From Spirochaetia bacterium (GTDB lineage: Bacteria; Spirochaetota; Spirochaetia; SZUA-6; Bin103): 64,000 nt of DNA. The stretch is from assembly GCA_965208575.1 (NCBI GenBank), contig CBDBOV010000002.1, positions 96,001 through 160,000 of the forward strand, given 5' to 3'. Positions 57,128 to 64,000 of this stretch are shown piece after piece. The position numbers and the translations under genes were made by a program. The notes beneath the pieces are model-generated. The model did no database searches, was not told the origin of the DNA, and was given only the letters and a program-made list of their open reading frames with translations. Within the stretch, counting starts at the first letter, position 1, and every line of letters begins with the position of its first letter.

Positions 57128-58426
57128 CTACAGGTCGGTCAGCAGCACGCGCGAGTTGCGGGAGCGGTCGTAGGTGCGCCCGCCGGGCAGGATGTCCGGG
57201 GTGGTTTCGGCGAACCCCTGTTCCATGAAGAAGTCGGCGGACTGGGTGGTGAGCGCCACCACGCGCCGCGCGCCGCGGCGGCGCGCCTCGCCGAGCAGGA
57301 AGGAAACCAGCCGCGCCCCGGTGCCGCCGCCGCGGTAGCTCTTGCTTACCACCAGGCTCTCGATCTCCGCGGTGACGCCGTCGAGCAGGCGCAGCGCCGC
57401 GCACCCCTGTACGGTGTCGTCGACCTGGTAGACGTAGTAGTCGCCGAGCCGTTCGGCGACCTCGGCGACGGTGCGCGCCAGCAGCAGCCCGGCGTCCACC
57501 TGCGGCTGCAGCAGGCGCATGATCTCCGGCACGTGTGCGGCCGCGGCCGCTACCACGTGGATGTATTGATCGCCGTAGAACATGGTGCCGGCGCCGTCGG
57601 CGGAGAAAATCTCGTCGATGAGGACGCCGTCGCGGCGCCCGTCCACCACGTGAACCCGGTCCACGCCGCCCGCGCAGGCGCTGACCGCCGCGCCCACGAG
57701 CGCCGCCTGGTCGCCGTCGAAGCGGTCGTGGAATCGCTCGAGCAGGCGCTCGCCGGCGCGGTAGTCGATGCTGGAGTAGAAGCCGTCGGCGCGAGTGGCG
57801 AGTTCCTCCCCGGTGCCGGGCACCGCCGCGACTCCGGCCGCGGTGCCGACCAGGAACAGCTTGGCCGCCTGCAGGGCCTGCGCCACCGCCACCGCCAGCT
57901 CCAGGCTGGAGATGTTGTACGACTTGCCGACCGCGTTCCAGCCGATGTTGGAGATGATCGGGATGGCGCCGGTCTCCAGCAGGGCGGTGAGCAGCTTGGC
58001 GTCGACGCGCTCGACGCGGCCGGTGCGCTGGTAGTCGACGCCGTCGACGACGCCCACGGTGCGGGCGCGCACCCAGTTGCCGGCCACCGCGCGGGCGCCG
58101 CTCTCGGTGAGCAGCGCGAGGATCTCGTTCGCCACCCGGGTGGAAGCGGACACTACCGTGTCCATGTCCGCTTCGGTGGTGACCCGCCGCTCGCCGATGC
58201 CGGTGCGGTGCGCAACATCACCGAGTGCCGCGTCGATCGCGTGCCTCGCCCCCGGCACCAGCACGGCGTGAATGCCCATGCGCTGCAGGAGCACGATGTC
58301 CTTGATCAGCATCGAGAACAGCGGTGCGCCGAGCAGGTCGTCAGCGATGCGCAGCACGAACAGGCGCCCGCGGTAGTGGCTCAGGTAGCTGAGCACGTCG
58401 CGGGTTTCGGCGACGGAAGGGGCCAT
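57128..58426 (-). CDS. argA: Amino-acid N-acetyltransferase (N-acetylglutamate synthase; AAK + GNAT)
   Basis: YRGRLFV, GVDYQRTGRV, EIFSADGAGTM, GCAAL, RNSRVL. Confidence 0.88.
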   Translation of the reverse strand: MAPSVAETRDVLSYLSHYRGRLFVLRIADDLLGAPLFSMLIKDIVLLQRMGIHAVLVPGARHAIDAALGDVAHRTGIGERRVTTEADMDTVVSASTRVANEILALLTESGARAVAGNWVRARTVGVVDGVDYQRTGRVERVDAKLLTALLETGAIPIISNIGWNAVGKSYNISSLELAVAVAQALQAAKLFLVGTAAGVAAVPGTGEELATRADGFYSSIDYRAGERLLERFHDRFDGDQAALVGAAVSACAGGVDRVHVVDGRRDGVLIDEIFSADGAGTMFYGDQYIHVVAAAAAHVPEIMRLLQPQVDAGLLLARTVAEVAERLGDYYVYQVDDTVQGCAALRLLDGVTAEIESLVVSKSYRGGGTGARLVSFLLGEARRRGARRVVALTTQSADFFMEQGFAETTPDILPGGRTYDRSRNSRVLLTDL

Positions 58427-58641
58427 ACGCACCCGCCTATTTTCGCCGCGAGGTGGATTCCGCTCAAGAGCCCGAACGGCAAACGACGGGAGCGGCGGCC
58501 CGGCGGCGTTGCCGCGGCCGGTCGGTGCACGGGTGCCGCGGAGGGACCGGGGGGCGGTACACTGTCTTACCGAGATGAAGGCTGCTGCACGGTTCGCTTC
58601 GGAAGCGGCGCCCGAGCACCGGGCGCGGAACCGCGAGTCCG

Positions 58642-59490
58642 GTGCGCCGCAACGGGACGCGCGTGCCCGCGTGGCCGCGGCGTAGCCGGTTGGTGACGGT
58701 CGCCGTCGCCGCGTTGCTGGCGGCGGCGCTGTACTTCGGCGCCGTGCTCGGGCTGCAGCGGCCGGTGACCTATCCGCGCCCGCCGCGCCCGCCGGCCCCG
58801 CCGGAGCTGCCGGCCGGCGCCCAGCAGGTGTGGCTCGGCCCGAACCGGGACTGGGAAGCGTGGCTGCTGCAGCCGGCCGCCGGCGCGCGGCCGCTCCCGG
58901 AGGGCGCAGGCGCGGCTCCGCTGATCATCTACGCGCATGGCAACGGGGAGTTGATCGACCACTGGGCGGCGCCGTTCGCCGCCATGACCGATGCCGGGGT
59001 TGCCGTGCTGCTGGTCGAGTATCCCGGCTATGGGCGCTCGGGCGGGCGGCCCACCCGCGACTCGATCGGCGCGGCAATCATCGCGGCGTTCGACTTCGCG
59101 AGCGGGCGCCCGGACATCGACGGGCGGCGCATCGTGGCCTACGGCCGTTCGCTCGGCGGCGCGGCCGCCTGCGAGCTGGCCGCCGCGCGACCGGTCGCGG
59201 CGCTGATCCTGGAGTCCACGTTCACCCGCATGGCCGACCTGATGCCGTGGTTCGTGCCGCGGGCGCTGGTGCTCGATCCGTTCGACAGCGTGGCCGTGGT
59301 CGCGGCCGGCGCACCGCCCGCGCTGGTGCTGCACGGCGTTCGCGACCGGGTCATTCCCTACGCCCACGGCGAGACGCTGGCCCGCGCCGCCGGTACGGAG
59401 CCGGTTCCGCTCCCCTGCGGGCACAACGGCTGCCCGCGGCAGTGGCCGCTGATCCTCGACTTCCTGCGCCGCCACGCGCTGATCGATTAG
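58642..59490 (+). CDS. Alpha/beta hydrolase (ABHD13/17-like)
   Basis: HGNGE, EYPGYG, GRSLGG, HGVRDRVIP; start uncertain. Confidence 0.88.
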   Translation: MRRNGTRVPAWPRRSRLVTVAVAALLAAALYFGAVLGLQRPVTYPRPPRPPAPPELPAGAQQVWLGPNRDWEAWLLQPAAGARPLPEGAGAAPLIIYAHGNGELIDHWAAPFAAMTDAGVAVLLVEYPGYGRSGGRPTRDSIGAAIIAAFDFASGRPDIDGRRIVAYGRSLGGAAACELAAARPVAALILESTFTRMADLMPWFVPRALVLDPFDSVAVVAAGAPPALVLHGVRDRVIPYAHGETLARAAGTEPVPLPCGHNGCPRQWPLILDFLRRHALID

Positions 59491-59550
59491 CGGCAGGATG
59501 AAGCGGCGCGGACCGCGTTCCGTTTGATGATGTATAGTGAGGAGGCCGAA

Positions 59551-60483
59551 GTGGCAGATCCAATGAACCTGAGGGACGAAGACGTCGGTCGCATAGCAGA
59601 GTACGTCAAGCCGTGGCTGCGCGAGATCATGCAGGAGATGGTTGCCCGCGTGGAGCCCGGCGGCGTGGGTGGGCAGTTCCTTGAGCGGATGGTCCGCATC
59701 GAGGAAGAGCTGAAAGCGCAGCGTGCGTTGATGGACGAGCGGTTCAACTTCATGGCGCAGTGCTTCGAGGCGGTCGACAGGCGCTTCGAGGAGACCGGCG
59801 CCCGCGCGGATGCGCGCGTCGAGGAGATGGGTGCGCGCATGGATACCCGCTTTGACGCGGTCGACAGGCGCTTCGAGGAGACCGGCGCCCGCACCGATGC
59901 GCGCTTCGAGGAGATGGGCGCAAGCACGAGTGTTCGCTTCGACGCCGTCGACAGGCGCTTCGAGGAGATGGGTGCGCGCACGGATGCGCGCTTCGAGGAG
60001 ATGGGTGCGCGCATGGATGCGCGCTTTGACGCGGTCGATACACGTTTCGAGGAGACCGGCGCCCGCACGGATGCGCGCTTCGAGGAGATGGGTGCGCGTA
60101 TGGATGCGCGCTTCGACGCGGTCGATACACGCTTCGAGGAGACCGGCGCCCGCGCCGATGCGCGCTTCGAGGAGATGGGCGCAAGCACGAGTGTTCGCTT
60201 CGACGCCGTCGACAGGCGCTTCGAGGAGATGGGTGCGCGCACGGATGCGCGCTTCGAGGAGATGGGTGCGCGCATGGATGCGCGCTTTGACGCGGTCGAT
60301 ACACGCTTCGAGGAGACCGGCGCCCGCACGGATGCGCGCTTTGACGCGGTCGATACACGCTTCGATGCCATCGACAAGCGCTTTGCAGACATGAATGCCC
60401 GCTTTACGACGTTGACCTGGATGATCGGCGTCGGGTTTGTGGTCATCACGTCGCTGACTACGGTGTTCGCGCTGCTCGCCTGA
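59551..60483 (+). CDS. Tandem-repeat coiled-coil protein with C-terminal TM anchor (Bdr/DUF1640-like architecture)
   Basis: GGAGG RBS before GTG; RFEEMGARxDA / RFDAVDR repeats; WMIGVGFVVITSLTTVFALLA tail. Confidence 0.8.
   Translation: MADPMNLRDEDVGRIAEYVKPWLREIMQEMVARVEPGGVGGQFLERMVRIEEELKAQRALMDERFNFMAQCFEAVDRRFEETGARADARVEEMGARMDTRFDAVDRRFEETGARTDARFEEMGASTSVRFDAVDRRFEEMGARTDARFEEMGARMDARFDAVDTRFEETGARTDARFEEMGARMDARFDAVDTRFEETGARADARFEEMGASTSVRFDAVDRRFEEMGARTDARFEEMGARMDARFDAVDTRFEETGARTDARFDAVDTRFDAIDKRFADMNARFTTLTWMIGVGFVVITSLTTVFALLA
59761..60400 (+). repeat. Coding tandem repeat: 87-bp unit (21+33+33) x about 6, with a 261-bp higher-order period
   Basis: Read directly from sequence and translation. 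Confidence 0.9.
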
Positions 60484-60507
60484 GCCGGATTGCCGCCGGC
60501 GGCAGGT

Positions 60508-61878
60508 TCAGGTGGACGCGAGCAGGCGGGGCAGGAACAGGGACAGCGACGGCAGGTAGGTGATCAGCACCAGCGCGGCGATCAGCACCAGGGCGAACGG
60601 CAGGGCTGCGCGGTAGATGGCGGTGAGCGGCCGGGCGAACCGGAAGCGCGCCACGAACAGGTTGATGCCGACCGGCGGCGTGAGGTAGCCCACCTCCAGG
60701 TTGACCAGGAACACCACGCCGAGGTGCAGCGGGTCGATCTGCAGTGCCGCGGCCACCGGCACGATCAGCGGCACCAGCACCACGATGGCGGAGAAGATAT
60801 CCACCAGCATGCCGGCGATCAGCAGCACGCCGTTGAGCGCCAGCAGGAACAGCAGCGGATGCTCGATATGCTCGGTGACCGCGGCCAGCAGCCGTTGCGG
60901 CGCCTGCGCGTCGACCAGCACGTTGGTCAGCGCCAGGGCGGCGCCGACCACCAGCAGGATCGCTCCCACCAGGGCGCCGGTGTTGCGCACGATGGCGGGC
61001 AGGTCGCGGCGCAGGTCGACCTCGCGGCGGATCAGCACCTCGACCGCCAGCACGTAGGCGGCGGTGAGGGTGGCCGCCTCGGTGACGGTGATGGCGCCCA
61101 GGTAGATGCCGCCCACCACCGCCGCGGGCAGCGGCAGCTCCCAGCCGCACAGCCACACGGCGCGGGCGGCGCGGCGTACCGTGGCTCGATTGCCGCGCGC
61201 GGCCGGTCCGGCAGCGGCGGTCGGGCGCGGTGCCGCCGGCCCCGGCTCGGCGCTGCCGGAGGCGGCCCGGCGGCGGGCGACGGCGGCGTACAGGGTGAGG
61301 CAGGCCACCAGCAGCAGCGCCGGCACGGTGGTGGCCTGAAACAACCGGTCGACGCTGACCTGCGCGGTGATCGCGTAGACGATCACCGCCAGACTCGGCG
61401 GCAGCAGCAGTCCCGGCACGCCGCCGGCCGCGATGAGGCCGATGGCGTGGCGCTCGGGGTGGCGGCGGCCCTGCGCGTGCGCGGCCGCCAGCATGGCCGG
61501 CAACAACAGGCCGCCGAGCGCGATGATGGTGACGCCGGAGGCGCCGGTGAACGCGGTAAAGGCGGCGGAGACCACCACCGCTGCCACCGCCATGCCGCCG
61601 GGGCGCCGCCCGAACAGGGTGCGCGCCATCAGCAGGAAACGGCGCGGCGCACGGCTCTCGGCCAGCACCAGCCCCGCGAACGCGAACAGCGGCAGCGCGG
61701 TGAGCGTCGGCAGCGCGCCGAGGCGGTTGAACTCCAGCGCCGCCACGGCGGGATCGATGCCGGCCAGCGCCAGTCCGGCCAGGGCGGCGCCGGCAATCAG
61801 CGCGAACAGCGGCACGCCGCCGAGTGCGGCGGCAAGCAGCAGCGCGCCGCCGGCAATGCCCAGGACCGCGGTCGTCAG
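60508..61878 (-). CDS. dctM: TRAP large permease DctM
   Basis: FTGASGVTII, GLLLPPS, EVGYLTPPVGINLF; likely start at CTG overlapping the dctQ stop. Confidence 0.88.
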   Translation of the reverse strand: MTTAVLGIAGGALLLAAALGGVPLFALIAGAALAGLALAGIDPAVAALEFNRLGALPTLTALPLFAFAGLVLAESRAPRRFLLMARTLFGRRPGGMAVAAVVVSAAFTAFTGASGVTIIALGGLLLPAMLAAAHAQGRRHPERHAIGLIAAGGVPGLLLPPSLAVIVYAITAQVSVDRLFQATTVPALLLVACLTLYAAVARRRAASGSAEPGPAAPRPTAAAGPAARGNRATVRRAARAVWLCGWELPLPAAVVGGIYLGAITVTEAATLTAAYVLAVEVLIRREVDLRRDLPAIVRNTGALVGAILLVVGAALALTNVLVDAQAPQRLLAAVTEHIEHPLLFLLALNGVLLIAGMLVDIFSAIVVLVPLIVPVAAALQIDPLHLGVVFLVNLEVGYLTPPVGINLFVARFRFARPLTAIYRAALPFALVLIAALVLITYLPSLSLFLPRLLAST

Positions 61879-62552
61879 AGTCTCCCGGTTGGCCGGCCGC
61901 GCCTGCAGAGCCGGCGCCGGGCGGCGCCGGGAACGGTGCCGCCGGCGGGCGGGGAAGCGATGCCTCGTGCCGCGCCGCGCCGGAACCGCGCGCGCGAGCC
62001 CGGTTCGCCGGCGGGCCGTCGGTCGGCCGGCGGCCCGCCATCGGAGCCGGCGAGGCGCCGCGCGGCGCCGAGCAGGAAGCGCAGCGCAATCACGGCGAAC
62101 CCGACCGGCATGACGGCGGCCGCGGCGGCAGCGCCAGGTCCGGCGAATGCGAGTTCGGCGACCACGAAACGCGCCGCCGAGACGGTCAGCAGGCCGGTCA
62201 CCGCGGCCGCGACAAGGCAGGCAGCGGCGTTCACCAGGCGGTTGGCGCGCGCCGGCAGCACCTGCTCGGCCACGTCGACCGCCAAGTGGGTGCCGCGAAA
62301 GGCGGCCAGCGAGGCGCCGATGAACGCGATCCACAACACCGCGCGGCGGACCGCGGTGTCAGTCTCCGGCAGTGCCGGAAGGCCGAGGTTGCGCAACGCG
62401 ATCTGTACCAGCGAAGCGGCCAGCGAGCCGAGGATCAGGATCGCCAACAGCACGGTCTCCGCACCCGCCAATGCCTCGTCGCAGCGCGCACAGCGGCGCA
62501 GGAACGCGCCGGACGGCCGCTGCCGCGCATGGCCGGCGGCCCCCGCGGTCAT
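61875..62552 (-). CDS. dctQ: TRAP small permease DctQ
   Basis: QIALRN, LWIAFIGASLA, HLAVD, MPVGF; ATGA overlap with dctP. Confidence 0.85.
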   Translation of the reverse strand: MTAGAAGHARQRPSGAFLRRCARCDEALAGAETVLLAILILGSLAASLVQIALRNLGLPALPETDTAVRRAVLWIAFIGASLAAFRGTHLAVDVAEQVLPARANRLVNAAACLVAAAVTGLLTVSAARFVVAELAFAGPGAAAAAAVMPVGFAVIALRFLLGAARRLAGSDGGPPADRRPAGEPGSRARFRRGAARGIASPPAGGTVPGAARRRLCRRGRPTGRL

Positions 62553-63688
62553 GACGCGGCGGCGGAGCGTTGCGCCGAACGATGCGCCGCCAGGGCGGCT
62601 TCGACGCGGTCGAGCAGCGCTTCCGGGTACAGCTCGGGAGCCAGCGCGCGCCGCGCGACGGCGCCCTGCGCGCGCAGCAGGTCGGCCGCGCCGGGGCCGG
62701 GCGCAACCGGCTGCACCCCGCGCCGCGCCAGCGCCGCCAGCGCCGCCTCGTTGTCCGCGCGGCTGCGTTGCTGCAACTCGGCCATGAAGCGGCGTCCGTT
62801 GTCGACCAGAATCTCCCGCAGGTCGGACGCCAGGCGCAAAAATGTGCGCCGGTTCATGAGCAGCGCCCCCGAGGCGTGGCCGAGCGGCAGGTCGAGGCGG
62901 TATTCGACCCGGCTGAACCACTGCAGCGCCAGCAGCGCGAGCGGCGACGCGTACACGCCGTCGATGACGCCGGTCTGCAGCGCGGTCAGGACATCGGCAA
63001 CGTGCAGCGGCACCGGGTCGGCGCCGAATGCGGCGAAGATCGCGGCCGCGAGCGGGTCGTCCTCCAGCATCCACCAGCGCAGCCGGCGCAACTCCTCCAC
63101 CGACGCCACCGGGCTGGTGCTGAACAGGTAGATCGGGCCCACCTCCGCCCAGCCCAGCACCACGTAGCCGCGCTGTTCGAACGTTCGCTCCAGTTCGGGG
63201 GTGAACTGCCGGTACACGGCGTCGATTTCCGCGTCGTTCCGGAACAGCAGCGCGCCGTCGAGGACGCGCTCTTCCGGTACCACCAGGCCCAGGCCGGCGC
63301 CGGTCAGGGCGACCGCGTCGAGCTGCCCGAAGCGCAACTTGCGCAGCATGTCCGCCTCGCTGCCCGACACGCCGCCGGGGAAGATGCGGAACTGCAGCCG
63401 GTCGCCGCTCGCTTCCTCGACCGTTGCCTGGTAGGCGCGCAGCACTGTCATCCACGTGCTGCCCTCCGGCGCGAGGGTGGCGATCTTGACGATCTGCTGC
63501 GCCGCGGCCGCTGCCGGCGCGAGGGCGATGAGCGCGGCAACGAGCGCCCCGGTGAGTCTGTACGGCCGCGCCGCGGCACGGAGGAGGTTGAATGCCGATG
63601 CCCAACCACCGCCGGAAGACCGGCACTTTCGGATCTGGCGCCGGCGGATGCATGGCCGGGTGCACATGGCTGCCATCATCGCCGTCAT
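62549..63688 (-). CDS. dctP: TRAP substrate-binding DctP (TatP-type)
   Basis: KIATLAPEGSTW, FPGGVSGSE, TALQTGVID. Confidence 0.9.
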   Translation of the reverse strand: MTAMMAAMCTRPCIRRRQIRKCRSSGGGWASAFNLLRAAARPYRLTGALVAALIALAPAAAAAQQIVKIATLAPEGSTWMTVLRAYQATVEEASGDRLQFRIFPGGVSGSEADMLRKLRFGQLDAVALTGAGLGLVVPEERVLDGALLFRNDAEIDAVYRQFTPELERTFEQRGYVVLGWAEVGPIYLFSTSPVASVEELRRLRWWMLEDDPLAAAIFAAFGADPVPLHVADVLTALQTGVIDGVYASPLALLALQWFSRVEYRLDLPLGHASGALLMNRRTFLRLASDLREILVDNGRRFMAELQQRSRADNEAALAALARRGVQPVAPGPGAADLLRAQGAVARRALAPELYPEALLDRVEAALAAHRSAQRSAAAS

Positions 63689-64000
63689 TGGAACAGTTCG
63701 TCGACCGAGCGCGCCAGCCGGCCGGCGCGTTGCCGTGCGACCGCGTTGGCCAGACGGCGTTCGGGCAGCAGGTCGAGGTCGGCGCCGCGCACCTCGTCGA
63801 GCAGGCGTTCGAACAGCGCGCGGTCCTGTACCTGCACGGCGTAGGTGGCGGCGTACAGGACGTGGGTCATCAGAAAGCGCCGGCCGGTGAGGCTCAGCGC
63901 CGCCTCGAAGTGGCCGCGCGCCGCCGGCGCGCCGCCGAGGATCGCCGGCATCGAGCCGGACAGGGCGCCGAGCAGGACGTGGGCGCCGGCGTAGCCGAAG
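63685..64000 (-). CDS. TRAP TatT component, 3' part (start beyond window)
   Basis: PAILGG..ARGHFEAAL...QDRALFERLL...LANAVA...ELF, similar to the 5309-6370 C-terminus. Confidence 0.85.
   Translation of the reverse strand, partial: FGYAGAHVLLGALSGSMPAILGGAPAARGHFEAALSLTGRRFLMTHVLYAATYAVQVQDRALFERLLDEVRGADLDLLPERRLANAVARQRAGRLARSVDELFQ

Noticed and set aside
59761-60400. Possible CRISPR array
   Set aside because: In-frame coding tandem repeats with no unique spacers and no cas genes

Overview
Very GC-rich bacterial chromosome segment spanning the replication origin. The co-oriented dnaA-dnaN-recF-dciA-rpmH-rnpA-yidD-yidC-jag order, the L34 C-terminal tail, two TatT-type TRAP systems and tRNA-Arg(GCG) suggest a Spirochaetia genome (inference). 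Core content: oriC elements, gyrBA, parAB with parS-like sites, a tRNA-Ser x4/Arg cluster with SRP RNA, dnaX-ybaB-recR, arginine genes and a Chlamydia-type (class Ic-like) ribonucleotide reductase preceded by a small ribbon-helix-helix-like gene. The strongest signal is a 3,795-bp DDE transposon present twice in opposite orientation (32266-36060, 47602-51396). Each copy has its own 5-bp target duplication, and in both the same end plus TSD directly abuts the -35 hexamer of a sigma70-type promoter, suggesting promoter-targeted insertion. Also notable: a free-standing single-motif LAGLIDADG-like gene bracketed by 34-bp parS-containing repeats between gyrA and parA, a NUDIX/PLP-enzyme fusion, and an AT3-rich codon patch inside gyrA. 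All calls are by eye from sequence motifs; no searches were run.
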